NCBI GenBank assembly: GCA_965279035.1
Contig: OZ257142.1
Coordinates: forward strand, 1,344,001-1,408,000
Source: Bacteroidia bacterium
GTDB taxonomy: Bacteria > Bacteroidota > Bacteroidia > M30B66
DNA length: 64,000 nt
Direction: 5' to 3'
The notes under the pieces were generated by a model that worked only from the letters and a program-made list of their open reading frames with translations, was not told where the DNA came from and made no database searches. Position 1 is the first letter of the stretch. Every line of letters begins with the position of its first letter. Below, piece after piece: positions 1 to 11,800 of this stretch. A program made the position numbers and the translations under genes.

Positions 1-546
1 GAGTGTTTGTCTTTCTTTAGGAAGAAATGTTAGAATACGTTGAATGTCTTCAATGAAGCCCATATCCAACATACGATCTACTTCGTCGAGCACTAAATGT
101 TTGAGATGGCTCATATCAACATATCCCATATTTAAATGAGAAAGCAGTTTACCTGGAGTTGCAATCACAATGTCGGTTCCTTCGCGCAAAGCTCTTTTTT
201 GAACTTCAAACTCTTTTCCATCTCCTCCTCCATAAACGGCAATGGAACTCACCGAAACAAAATAGGCGAAACCCTCGAGTTGTTGATCTATTTGTAATCC
301 CAATTCCCGTGTTGGAACGATGATTAAGGTATCGATGTATCTTTTTTCCTTGTGTAGATTTGATTCAATGATGGGTAATAAAAATGCAGCAGTTTTTCCT
401 GTGCCTGTTTGAGCACTAGCGATTAAATCTTTCCCCAACATGATTTCAGGAATCGCTTGATTTTGAACCGGTGTTGGTTCTTTGAAATTCATTGCATCAA
501 GGCCATCAAGTAGCTCCTGTGAGAAGCCGAATGTTTCAAATCCCAT
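1..546 (-). CDS. DEAD/DEAH-box RNA helicase, N-terminal part (runs off window edge)
   Basis: Manual translation from ATG at 546: MGFETFGFSQELLDGLDAMNFKEPTPVQ (Q motif), AQTGTGKT (Walker A), PTRELG, ATPG, LDEVDRMLDMG. Confidence 0.92.
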   Translation of the reverse strand, partial: MGFETFGFSQELLDGLDAMNFKEPTPVQNQAIPEIMLGKDLIASAQTGTGKTAAFLLPIIESNLHKEKRYIDTLIIVPTRELGLQIDQQLEGFAYFVSVSSIAVYGGGDGKEFEVQKRALREGTDIVIATPGKLLSHLNMGYVDMSHLKHLVLDEVDRMLDMGFIEDIQRILTFLPKERQTL

Positions 547-556
547 CGTTAGAGTT

Positions 557-1987
557 CTAATTGATAAGTGATGATTTATCTGGTTTACAAGGAAAATCAA
601 ACAAGCAATTTTCTTTGATGATTTGCGCTACTTTTTCAGGAACATTTTTCTCCCATTCATTCGAGCCTGATTGAATTTGCTTTAATACATCATCTGCATT
701 AATGTGTAATACATTCAGATCAGCATTTCGAACATCTTCCACTTTATTATTATCCTTCAAATACGTAAATAAACCAGCAAACTCAGGTGCGATTTTTAGA
801 TTCTCGAGTGAAAGTAATTCATCTGACTCTTTTCGAAAAGCAGGATATACATAAGCTTTTACATTGGTTCCAAAGAGCATACTTAATACTTCCAAAATTC
901 CACCTTGGATATTAGAGTATTGACTTGTGTCGAATATCCGTTCAATATTTCGAACACTTAGTACAAATCCCACCAATTGATTTCGTGTAGCTTTTGAAAG
1001 GTAGGGCACTAAATACCAATAATCTAAAAAATTGGTAATCATTACTGTGTGACCTAATGAACACAATATATTGGCTCTATCTAGAAAATCTTCATCATCT
1101 ATATTACCATTTGTGTCAATCAATGCATTTAATGAAAGCTCACTAAGGATGATGAATTGACTTGTTGAATCGATCTCTTCAACAAAATCGACGGTTGCTT
1201 TTGCAAGCATGTCTTCGTGAACGCGCGTAAACGGGCTAAAACGTCCTGACATTACCAACGCATTCTTTTTATAAAGCGCTTCTGAAGGTTGAAGTACCGA
1301 ACCATCAGTCCCTAACATGGCCGCTTTGGTCAAGCCATATTTCACCAGCTTCAAACTGAGTAATCGGTTATCAATATGGAGTAAATCTGGGCCGGTCATT
1401 CGAATCATGTCCACCTCTACAGTTCCATGTACAATGCCGTCGAGCAAGGAATTTACGAAATCGTCAGGAGCTTGATTTTGGAAAAAGCAGCCGTATAATA
1501 AATTAACTCCAATTTGACCTACAGCTCTTTGTTGCCAAGTGTTTTCATGGTCATGAAGTACAATATGAATAACACATTCGTTAGGCTCTGATTCAGGATG
1601 AAGTTGAAAACGAACACCAATCCACCCATGACCTTGATTGGTGCGATGAAAATTGGTGGTTTCGATGGTGTTTGCATAGGCAAAGAAGCAGGTTTTCTCT
1701 TCTCTGAAACCTAGTCGCTTACCGAGTAATCCGTATTCTTTATGAAGCATCTGCTGCAAGCGTTCTTCACACACATAGCGGTTAGTTTCACCGTAGATCG
1801 CATCGGAAAAACTCATGTCATAGGCCGACATTGTTTTAGCTACAGTGCCCGATGCACCACCAGCTCTGAAAAAATGAGCAGCGGTTTCTTGTCCAGCGCC
1901 TATTTCGGCAAAGGAGCCATACAGTTTGGAATCAAGATTAATTTTAAGAGCCTTTTCTTTAGCAGAAAGGCGGCGATTATCATTCAT
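557..1987 (-). CDS. Conserved protein with C-terminal nucleotidyltransferase (NadD-like) region
   Basis: 476-aa ORF; N-terminal YGSFAEIGAGQE...AKTMSAYDM signature; GRFSPFTRVH at the HIGH-like position; C-terminal WEKNVPEKVAQII as in NadD-like enzymes. Confidence 0.6.
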   Translation of the reverse strand: MNDNRRLSAKEKALKINLDSKLYGSFAEIGAGQETAAHFFRAGGASGTVAKTMSAYDMSFSDAIYGETNRYVCEERLQQMLHKEYGLLGKRLGFREEKTCFFAYANTIETTNFHRTNQGHGWIGVRFQLHPESEPNECVIHIVLHDHENTWQQRAVGQIGVNLLYGCFFQNQAPDDFVNSLLDGIVHGTVEVDMIRMTGPDLLHIDNRLLSLKLVKYGLTKAAMLGTDGSVLQPSEALYKKNALVMSGRFSPFTRVHEDMLAKATVDFVEEIDSTSQFIILSELSLNALIDTNGNIDDEDFLDRANILCSLGHTVMITNFLDYWYLVPYLSKATRNQLVGFVLSVRNIERIFDTSQYSNIQGGILEVLSMLFGTNVKAYVYPAFRKESDELLSLENLKIAPEFAGLFTYLKDNNKVEDVRNADLNVLHINADDVLKQIQSGSNEWEKNVPEKVAQIIKENCLFDFPCKPDKSSLIN

Positions 1988-2122
1988 GCGCAGGAAATTC
2001 TCCTGAAAAATTCTCCGACAAAGTTAGACAAATAGGAGTAGGGTAGGATTAGAATAAATCAGACCAAGTAAAACGGAAAAATAATATGAATGTTTATAGA
2101 GAAATTCTAAAATGACAGGAAA

Positions 2123-2153
2123 TAAAAAACCCGACACTTGTTGTATCGGGTTT
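2123..2153 (-). terminator. Intrinsic terminator of tRNA-Lys
   Basis: AAAAAACCCGACAC-TTG-TTGTATCGGGTTT hairpin with U-tract on the minus strand. Confidence 0.7.
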
Positions 2154-2159
2154 AGGTTC

Positions 2160-2235
2160 TGGTGATTCAGCTGGGATTCGAACCCAGGACCACTACATTA
2201 AAAGTGTAATGCTCTACCAGCTGAGCTACTGAATC
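2160..2235 (-). tRNA. tRNA-Lys(TTT), CCA encoded
   Basis: Reverse complement GATTCAGTAGCTCAGCTGGTAGAGCATTACACTTTTAATGTAGTGGTCCTGGGTTCGAATCCCAGCTGAATCACCA folds as a cloverleaf; anticodon TTT. Confidence 0.97.
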
Positions 2236-2277
2236 TCCTGCTTTATGACGGAAGCATGCTTGCCGTGAAAGCGGGTG

Positions 2278-2285
2278 CAAATATA
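2278..2285 (-). promoter_or_regulatory. Bacteroidota sigma-A -7 element (TATATTTG) for tRNA-Lys
   Basis: Matches TAnnTTTG about 40 nt upstream of the tRNA. Confidence 0.65.
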
Positions 2286-2338
2286 AGTCGATTTCGGATT
2301 GAGCAAAATAAAACCAAGTAAAATCAATAAAAATCCGC

Positions 2339-3556
2339 TTATTCATTTTTAGATAGCTCATTATCAATGCTATCGTCTGATTTATTTTTTCCGCCAAGTA
2401 TAGGATGTCGTTCAAAAGGGATGGAAGAATCGAAGAAAATACGATAAGTTACTAACGTTCGGTATAGAGAAGTGCCTAAATTTTCAATCACTCGAAGCAT
2501 TTTGGGATTGAAATCTCCAATCCAAGTCAGATTAGTTTCAGTATATCGTTTTTGTGGTACAATGTAATCGCCTGCATAGTTGATTAAAGCACCTTCAACA
2601 CCTCTACCTTGATGTTCTCTAGAAACACCAAAAACTATCCCGAGCATGGTTTTTCGTTTCTTGAATTTCAAATAATAGAGGAACTTGATTTTGCCCAACC
2701 AATTTAAATTCCCGTTCACATGGACAAAAAACTCATTAAGTTCTGGTATGTTGAGGTAGAATCCAATGGGCTTATCTTTTAAAAAGGCAAACAAGAGGAT
2801 GTCTTTGTCCATAATTACTTTCATCGAATTGATGATGGAACGAGCCTGCTCAATTCGCATATTCTTAAATCCTTCATGCCCACCCCATGCAGAATTATAC
2901 ACTTCTAGAAAATAATCAGCAATTTTAGAAAGAGGAACACCTTTCATATGCGTCACTCTGAAATCAGGATCGTGACTTAGAATATTTGCTTTTTTTACAA
3001 ATATTTCTTGTGCAGGTAGGGCAAGATCGCGCCAATATACAAATTGGTTGAAGTAATTTTTAAATCCATAATCTTCGAAAAATGCTTGATAATAGGGAGG
3101 ATTATAATTCATTCCATAGCTTGGACGTGCTTCGAAATTATGGACTAATAATCCCCAAAATTGATCGCGTTCTCCGAAATTAACAGGGCCATCCATTCCT
3201 TCCATTCCTCTTTCTTTTAGCCAATTTTCGCATGTTTTCAAGAGTAGATTTGCTGCTTCTTTGTTGTTTATACATTCAAAAAAGCCCATGCTGCCAACTT
3301 TGTATTTTCCAGCTTTGGATGTTTTAGGATGGATAAATGCCGCAACTCTTCCAATTAATTTTCCATCATCATTTTTTAAAATCCAACGTTGAAGTGTTCC
3401 GCCCTGTCGGAAAAGCTTATTTTTAGCCGGATTAAAAATTTTCTCAAGATCCTGACGTATTGGTGGAATGTAGTTGTTATCATCTTTATAAATGATGGAA
3501 GCGACTTTGTAAAACTGGTCGTTCGTTTTTTTATCGAGAACAGCGATGAGCTGCAT
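2339..3556 (-). CDS. YghO-like GNAT-family N-acetyltransferase
   Basis: 405 aa; GRVAAF...GFFECIN, GPVNF, MNYNPPYY, GVSREHQGRGV acetyl-CoA motif, WIGDFNPKM. Confidence 0.8.
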   Translation of the reverse strand: MQLIAVLDKKTNDQFYKVASIIYKDDNNYIPPIRQDLEKIFNPAKNKLFRQGGTLQRWILKNDDGKLIGRVAAFIHPKTSKAGKYKVGSMGFFECINNKEAANLLLKTCENWLKERGMEGMDGPVNFGERDQFWGLLVHNFEARPSYGMNYNPPYYQAFFEDYGFKNYFNQFVYWRDLALPAQEIFVKKANILSHDPDFRVTHMKGVPLSKIADYFLEVYNSAWGGHEGFKNMRIEQARSIINSMKVIMDKDILLFAFLKDKPIGFYLNIPELNEFFVHVNGNLNWLGKIKFLYYLKFKKRKTMLGIVFGVSREHQGRGVEGALINYAGDYIVPQKRYTETNLTWIGDFNPKMLRVIENLGTSLYRTLVTYRIFFDSSIPFERHPILGGKNKSDDSIDNELSKNE

Positions 3557-3593
3557 AGGCTTAGTCTATTTTTGTCAAAAATACAGGTTTAAG

Positions 3594-4418
3594 ATGAAGG
3601 CAGATGCCGTTGTCGTAATCACAGGTGCTTCATCCGGAATCGGAATGGAATGCGCACGCGAATTTTTCAGTCAGGGATGCCGTTTGGTATTGGCTGCACG
3701 AAATGAAAATGCATTAAAAATTCTTCAACACGAGTTGGATGAAAAAGGAAATCGGACAATCATTGTAAAAACGGATGTTACAAAAGAAGATTCTTGTAAG
3801 CATTTAATTGAGCAAGCTGTTTCTCATTTTGGAGGAATTGATATTTTAATTAATAATGCAGGAATAACGATGCGTGCATTATTTAATGATGTTGATTTAA
3901 GTGTGTTTCGTCAATTAATGGATGTGAATTTTTGGGGGATGGTATATTGTACAAAATACGCACTTCCACATTTATTAAAATCCAAAGGTTCAATTGTAGG
4001 AATGTCGTCTGTTGCAGGATACAAAGGACTTCCTACCCGAAGTGGGTATTCAGCGACAAAGTTTGCAATGGAAGGATTTTTAGAAACACTTCGTATCGAA
4101 AACAGAAGAACTGGTGTTCATGTTTTGATTGCACGTCCGGGTTTTGTTGCAACCAACATTCGAAATACAATGCTTTCTGCAAGCGGAACCGAACAGGGCA
4201 TATCGCATAAAGATGAAGCAAAATCGATGTCGGCAAGTGAAGTTGCGAAACGAATCTATATAGCTGTAAATAAAAGGAAGCCGTATATGATACTTTCATC
4301 TACTGCAATTCTATCATTTTGGCTAAATAAATTCTTTCCCACATTTGTAGATCGCCTTGTTTTTAGGCATGTTTTCAATGAAAAAGATTCTCCTCTAAAA
4401 AAATATTTTTCAGAATGA
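3594..4418 (+). CDS. SDR family oxidoreductase
   Basis: TGASSGIG, NNAG, YSATK catalytic motif; start ATG 3594 preferred over the ORF-track start 3546. Confidence 0.92.
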   Translation: MKADAVVVITGASSGIGMECAREFFSQGCRLVLAARNENALKILQHELDEKGNRTIIVKTDVTKEDSCKHLIEQAVSHFGGIDILINNAGITMRALFNDVDLSVFRQLMDVNFWGMVYCTKYALPHLLKSKGSIVGMSSVAGYKGLPTRSGYSATKFAMEGFLETLRIENRRTGVHVLIARPGFVATNIRNTMLSASGTEQGISHKDEAKSMSASEVAKRIYIAVNKRKPYMILSSTAILSFWLNKFFPTFVDRLVFRHVFNEKDSPLKKYFSE

Positions 4419-4504
4419 AACCAATATTTAAAATTGAAGTATAAACCGACATACTTCTGGCAAGAGAAGTAATTAAATTATTCATGTTTATTGTGGTTTA
4501 TGTG

Positions 4505-4537
4505 AAAAAAAGAGCGGTTCTCCGCTCTTTTTTTTTT
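4505..4537. terminator. Bidirectional intrinsic terminator
   Basis: AAAAAAGAGCGG-TTCT-CCGCTC followed by a long T run. Confidence 0.8.
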
Positions 4538-4617
4538 GAGGTCTAATCAGTTATTGAAGAATTATTGGATTCAATGAAAATTGAAATGAAGACTAATTAA
4601 TATTCAAATTAATTCTA

Positions 4618-5584
4618 TTGAATTAGTCATTTAAGCAATAATCATTTTATAAGTATATGGTTCTGCTTTTACCATTCTCATCATTAGATTTTCGAAGATT
4701 CCTTCATTCATTTTATGCCTGTTAAATCGATATGTATACTCATCAATATAAGGCTGTAAATGTCTAACAGAATGATGGACACCTCTAAGCCAAGCTTTAA
4801 ACATCATTATTGTTCGATGGAGTTCTTTAAAATTCCTTCCTTTCTTCTCAGACTTTTCTTGAATTAGGTTCGGAAATTCAGACTCCAAGCCTTTATATCC
4901 AGCCCATTTATCAGTTCTAACATTCGCATTGGGAGCAATATGATCCCTCATAAATTCACTCAAATTCTTTCTGTTAGCTGTCGCCACAACTTTTCCATAG
5001 AATCTTGATACACCTCTTGATTTCTTTTCAATGGCTAGAACTACAACTTTTTTCTTTCCTTCATTTCTTCCAATGGATTTATCATCTTGTCCTCCAACAT
5101 ATGTTTCATCAACATCAACTTTCCCTTTCATTGGATTTTTCTTACTGCTTTTCATTGCATTCATAACCTTTTGTTTAAACAACCAACAAGTCTTCTGCCC
5201 CAAATCAAGCTTTCTACTTAGCTCAGTACTGCTTATTCCTTTCTTGCTAGTTGATACATAGAAAACAATATAAAAAGCCTTCAGAATTGAAAATTTACAT
5301 TTGTGAAACAGTGTTCCAGATGTTGGCGATTCTAAATGCCTGCAAACAGTGCATTGCCGCTCGTAAAGACTAACGCCTTTACAAAAGTTTTTGTTCTTAC
5401 ATCGTCGACAGGAATAACCATTTGACCATTTCAAATTTGCCAAATATGCGTAGCAACTTTCTTCATTTGGAAACTGAGCCTGAAAATCAAATAATGAAAG
5501 GCTTTTAAATTGTGCATTCATATTGTATCTTTTGATTGCCCTAAATTATTAAAGAAATCAATATTGACTAAACTACTAATTCAA
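4618..5584 (-). mobile_element. IS1595-family insertion sequence, complete
   Basis: Terminal IRs TTGAATTAGTCATTTA / TTGAATTAGTAGTTTA (14/16 match); 8-bp direct repeat TAATTCTA at 4610-4617 and 5585-5592. Confidence 0.9.
4631..5521 (-). CDS. IS1595-family (ISXO2-like) transposase
   Basis: Zn ribbon CRRC...CTVC, HTH, VDVDETY, RTDKWAGY, YIDEYTYRFNR. Confidence 0.95.
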   Translation of the reverse strand: MNAQFKSLSLFDFQAQFPNEESCYAYLANLKWSNGYSCRRCKNKNFCKGVSLYERQCTVCRHLESPTSGTLFHKCKFSILKAFYIVFYVSTSKKGISSTELSRKLDLGQKTCWLFKQKVMNAMKSSKKNPMKGKVDVDETYVGGQDDKSIGRNEGKKKVVVLAIEKKSRGVSRFYGKVVATANRKNLSEFMRDHIAPNANVRTDKWAGYKGLESEFPNLIQEKSEKKGRNFKELHRTIMMFKAWLRGVHHSVRHLQPYIDEYTYRFNRHKMNEGIFENLMMRMVKAEPYTYKMIIA

Positions 5585-5832
5585 TAATTCTATTTAGAAA
5601 ATGTGATCAAACACTCAAAATAAATTTATTCTTACACAAATAATTAGTGCTTATAATTCTTTAAAAAAATAGGAAAACATACTGGATAAAGGGGATTTGA
5701 ATTTAATCATGATCTCTATGTGGTGTTTCTCTTACATATGTAATTCACTTATGCCTTTCGGAAAACACAAACAAATAAGTCGAACGTACTTTGTACACGA
5801 GCCAGAAAATATTCTGTGCCCACTGATTCAAT

Positions 5833-8800
5833 GTGATGAAATGGCGTAAACTCATACTTCTTTTTCTTTATCTGGCTGTGAAAACGGTTCAGGCACAAGC
5901 GCCATCTTTAACAATTAATCCAACTGGAAATTTGTCGGTTTGTGCAGGAACAACAGTCAATGTTTCTGCTACTGTCAATAATGCATTTGCAGGGACAACC
6001 TCTTATGCTATTTCGAATATTACCTATTCACCTTATACTGTTTTAGCTGGTACTTCTTTGACAATGCCAGATGATACCGTGTTAGGTCCTTTTCCCATTG
6101 GATTTCAGTTTTGTTTTTTTGGAAATACCTATACCCAATTTTATGTTGGGTCGAACGGATGGGTTGGTTTTTCGCCAGGTCAAACCCGCGCTTTTACTGC
6201 GAACTCAATTCCGAATACAACCACGTTTGTCCCTCGAAATTGTATTATGGGTCCATGGATGGATTTTAATCCTGGAATTGCTGGCGGCCCATATATAAAA
6301 TATCAAACACAAGGAATTGCTCCATATCGAAGATTGGTTGTTCAATGGACTAATTGTCCTTTATATCAATGTATCGCTTCTAAAGCCACATTTCAAATTG
6401 TTTTGTTTGAAAGTACCAATGTGATCGAAAATTACATTGCTAACAAACCAGTTTGTGTAGTATGGGCTGGTGGTACAGCCACTCAAGGATTACATAATCA
6501 AGCAGGAACAACTGCTTTTGCTGTTACTGGAAGAAATGCTTCTGTATGGACGGCAACCAATGATGCCATCCGTTATCAACCAAGTGGACCGCCGAGTTAT
6601 ACTATTAACTGGACGTCCAATGGAATTCCAATAGGAACAGGTGCAAGTGCATCAACTGTTGTAAATGGTCCAGGAAATACACGAATTATTGGGCGAGTTA
6701 ATTTTCAGTGTAGTAATCTAATTGTATATGATACGTTGGATGTGAGTATTGGAGGAGCTGCAAGTGCAGCTTTTAGTGTTCCTACTGTTGTATGTGCAGG
6801 GCAAGCAGCCAATTTCACTTACACTGGTGGATCAACAGGCACTGGAGCTTGGACTTTTGCATCAGGAACTCCTGCAACTGCAAGTAGTACAGGTACTGTT
6901 TCTACTACTTGGGCAAGTCCCGGAACTTATAATGTTGGTTTAACAGTGACACCTTCTAGTGGTTTATGTTCACCCGGAAGTTTGACACAGGCTGTTACTG
7001 TTGTTTCACCACCAACATCAACATTTACTTTACCTGCAACAATTTGTACAGGAGCAAATGCAACAATTACTTATACAGGGACTGCACCTGCGGGATCAAC
7101 TTATACTTGGAATTTTGGAGCAAATGCAACTCCTGCAACTGCCACAGGTGTTGGTCCACATACCGTTGCATGGTCTGCAATCGGTTCTAAAACGGTCAGT
7201 TTAACTGTTGCTGGAGGAACTTGTACTTCAACAACAACCAATACAATAAGTGTTAATTCAGCTCCAACTTCAACATTTACTGTTGCTCCTACAACGGTTT
7301 GTGTTGGTGCGAATTCTACCATGACCTTTACTGGAACTGCTGCTGCAGGAGCAAGTTATGCTTGGAATTTTGGAGTAGGAGCAACACCTGCAACAGCTAA
7401 TACTGCTGGTCCTCACACAGTTTCTTGGTCAAGTTCTGGAACGAAAACAATAACACTATCAGTTACTGCTGGAGGTTGTACTTCAGCAGTGACTTCACAT
7501 ACAGTCACCGTAAACCCAGTTCCAACAGCAACTTTTACGATGCCCGCAACAGTATGTGTTGGTAGCAATGCAAGTATCTCCTATACAGGAAATGGCTTGG
7601 CTCCTCCATCAGCAAGTTATTCTTGGAATATTGGCGGAGGTGGTCCTGCTCCAGGAAATGTTCAAGGTCCTTTTGGAGTAAGTTGGGCAAGTTCAGGAAC
7701 AAAAACAGTTTCATTAACTGTTGCACAAGCTGGATGTACTTCCAGCCCTGTTTCACAAACTATTAATGTTGTTGCCTTACCTACAGTATCTATTTCAGCA
7801 TCAGCCGCTTCAACTTGTGTTGGTCAAGCACTTTCTTTTTCAACAACAGGAGCAGCTCAACCTTCAGGAACAACATATAGTTGGAATTTTGGAGCTGGTG
7901 CTAGTCCAACAACATCGACAAGTGCTGGACCTGTTTCAGTAACATGGTCAGTGATATCCTCTCCAACAGCAACACTTACAGTTAGTTCAGGAGGATGTAC
8001 ATCAAGTCCTGCAAGTGCTTCTGTTTCGATTGTAGCACCACCTGTTTCAACTATTAGTGCTCCAGCTACAGGATGCATTGGAGTTCCTGTTTCTATTAGT
8101 GCACCTGGACCTTTTGCTAGCGGCACAACCTTTAACTGGAATTTTGGAACTGGTGTAGTTATCAGTGGCTCAGGAGCTGGACCTTATATAGTACAATGGG
8201 CAACATCGGGCTTTAAGCCGGTATCGCTTACTGTAACATCAGGAGCATGTTCTTCTTCTTCGAATGTTTCTGTTGATATTCGATCGGCAAGTACAGCTTC
8301 ATTTACAGTGCCTTCTACAATTTGCGCTGGACAAGCTTCTACCGTCACATTTAGCGGATCGGCAAGTGGAACAGCTACCTATTTATGGAACTTTGGAGTA
8401 GGTGCAACACCTGCTACTGCCAATACGGCTGGACCTCATTCTGTTACTTGGTCAAGTGCTGGATCAAAAACGATTAGTTTGACTTTAACAGATGGGACGT
8501 GTACCATTCCTGTTTCAACTCAAACAGTAACGGTAAATCCTGTTTATACATCTACATTTTCATTGCCTGCAACAGCTTGTACTGGAACTTCAGGAACCAT
8601 AAATTATACTGGAAATGCACCTGTCGGAGCAAGTTATTCTTGGAATTTTGGAATTGGTGCTACACCTGCAACTGCAAGCACAGTAGGTCCACATTCAGTT
8701 TCATGGACTGGTGCTGGATCCAAAACAGTTTCGCTCACTGTTACTTCTGCTGGTTGTAGTTCAACAACATCACAAAACTTAAGTGTTTCTCTAACTCCAA

Positions 8801-11800
8801 CGGCATCCATTTCCATGGCATCTTCCATTGGTGTATCATCTACAACTCCTGTTGGTCTTGGAGGAGCTGCAATGGCTGGTGTAACGTATTCATGGAACTT
8901 TGGAAGTGGTGCAAGTCCTGCAATGGTTACTGGTATTGGTCCACATTCAGTTTCTTGGTCAAGCTCAGGTTTGAAAACAGTAACACTGACAGTTTCGTTA
9001 AATGGATGTTCATCAACCATCACACAAACAATCAATGTCATAACTCCTTCTACATCCAGCTTTACGGCGCCTTCAAGTATTTGCCTAGGATCGTCTGCAA
9101 CAATTAACTATACAGGAAATGCTTCATCTGGAGCTTTGTATGCATGGAATTTTGATGGAGGCACTGCAAGTCCTGGAACCGGAGTTGGGCCACATACTAT
9201 TACATGGGCCACATCTGGATTGAAAACCATTCATTTAATAGTAACGGATAATGGAATTGCTTCTTCAGATTTTACTGCAACAGTAAACGTAAATCCAATT
9301 CCAACATCCACATTCAGTTTGCCTGCGAGTGTTTGTTTGGGTTCTAATGCTACAATCACCTATACTGGAAATGCATCCTCTTCTGCTAGCTATTCCTGGA
9401 ACTTCGGGACATCCTCAAGTCCTGGAACAGCTTTAACAAGTGGACCACATCAAGTGAATTGGTCATCGGCAGGTTCTCCTTCCGTTACACTTTCTGTTAC
9501 TGAAAATGGTTGTTCATCAACACCAACATCTTCCACTATTTCCGTTTTAAGTCCACCATCCATTGGAATTGCAGCATTATCTGCTGTATGTGAAAATGTC
9601 AATGCAAGTGTTACTCTCAGTGGATCAGCTGTGTCTGGAGTTACATATTCTTGGAATTTTGGTTCAAATGCAAGTCCTGCAACGGCTACTGGTGCAGGAC
9701 CACATTCCGTTAATTGGACAAGTTCAGGTACCAAAACTATCACACTTAATGCTACTCAAAGTGGATGTGCAGCAACACCTGTAACATCAACAGTATTAGT
9801 TAACTCAACCCCATCAGCTAGTTTTACTTTAAGCAATCCTTCCTGTGTGAATGAGGATGTTATTGCAACTTACACGGGAAGTGCAGGAAATTCAGCTAGT
9901 TTCAATTGGTCATATCCTGGTGCTTCGCTTATTTCTGGTTCAGCCTCAGGACCGCTTCAACTTAGTTGGGCAAGTTCGGGTGTGAAACAAGTTCAATTGA
10001 CAGTCACTGAAAATGGATGTGTTTCAACAACGGTTTCGAATTCAACAACGATTCTTGATCCACCTTCATTCACGATAAGTTCTCCTCAATACACAGGGAT
10101 AAATTCTTCTACAACCATTACCTATACTGGAACACAGCCAACAGGAGCTAGCTATTTATGGAATTTTGCTGGAGGAACAGTTATCTCAGGTTCTGGAGCT
10201 GGACCATATCAAGTACAATGGTCAAGTACGGGTACGAAAACGATCTTTTGTACTGTGAGTTTGAATGGCTGTTCATCTGTAACAAATTCTTCAACAACAC
10301 AAGTTGTAGCGGCTGCGATAGCTTCTTTCACTGCTGATTCACCGCTTTGTCCGAATGAAGTGAGTACGGTTGTCTTTACCGGATTTGCGCTTTCTTCTGC
10401 TTCTTACACTTGGGATTTTGATGGAGGAACAATCATCTCTGGATCAGGTCCGGGACCTTTTCAAATTTCTTGGCCAAGTTCAGGAACAAAAAATATCAGC
10501 TTATTAGTTAGTCAATTGGGAATTGATAGTCCTTTAATGACCAATCAAGTAATTGTAAATCCAATTCCTACAGCCAATTTTACTACAGTAGATCCATTGT
10601 GTGCAGGAAATGATATCACATTTAGCTATACAGGATCGGCATCCAATGCAGCAAACTTTGTATGGAATTTCGGATCAGGAGTTCTACAAGATTCGGTTCA
10701 AGGAGTATCGTATACAGTGAATTTTTCAAGTACTGGAAATGAAAACGTTTCCTTGGTAGTTTCTGAAAATGGATGTGTTTCGACTCCAGTGAGCTTGCCT
10801 ATTAGCATTCATCAAGTACCAACGGCTAATTTTACTGCAAGTGCATCTGCATGTGAAGATGCTCCTGTTACGTTAAATTATACTGGATCAGCTTCTAGTT
10901 CTGCTGCATTTTCTTGGGAATATCCAACTGGAGATTATATTTCAGGTTCATCTTCAGGACCAATTTCTATCAGTTATCCTAGTAATGGAACTCAAACGGT
11001 TTCGCTTGTTGTGAGTGAAAATGGATGTGTTTCAGATTCGTTCCATGTTGCGGTAAATATCATTGCTACACCTACAGCGAGTTTCTCAATTGTTAGTTCG
11101 GGATGTTCTGCCGATTCGGTTTTAATTACTTATACTGGAAATGCAAGTTCATCGGCAACGTATGTATGGGATTTTGAATCAGCAGTTGGTTATTCCGGAG
11201 CAGATCAAGGTCCTTATTCTGCCTTATTTCCGGGAGCTGGGAATTATCCTGTGGGATTGTTTGTCATGGAAAATGGATGTATGTCGGCCATTAACGAACA
11301 ACATATTTTATTAAACGCCTCACCTTCTGCTGCCTTTACAATCGAAGACACTGTTTATGTAAATCAAACAGCAACGGCTGTATTTAATGGGTTAGCTCCA
11401 ACAGGAACTTCCATGACTTGGTTATATCCTTCGGCGAATATTCTAAGCGGAGGAGCAGGTGGTCCAATTGAAATGAATTGGGCAAATGCTGGAACATATC
11501 CTGTTTCACTTAGCGTTGATAATGCTGGTTGTTCCGATGGTCCAGTCGTTCATCAAGTAGTTGTACTCAATTTACCAGCTTCGGCTTTTACACTATCAGA
11601 AGATACTCTTTGTGCTGGATCTTCCATTACTGTTCAATATTCAGGAATTGGATCAAGTCAAGCACAATATCATTGGAATTTCGATGGAGCTACAATAATC
11701 TCAGGTTCTGCTTGGGGACCATATGAAATAACATGGCCAACGGAAGGTCCTCATACGATCACATTGAATGTGAGTGTTGATGGTTTAACAACTCCAACAA

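Noticed and set aside
2167-2415. 82-aa ORF (also 15856..16053)
   Set aside because: These overlap tRNA genes; spurious translations.
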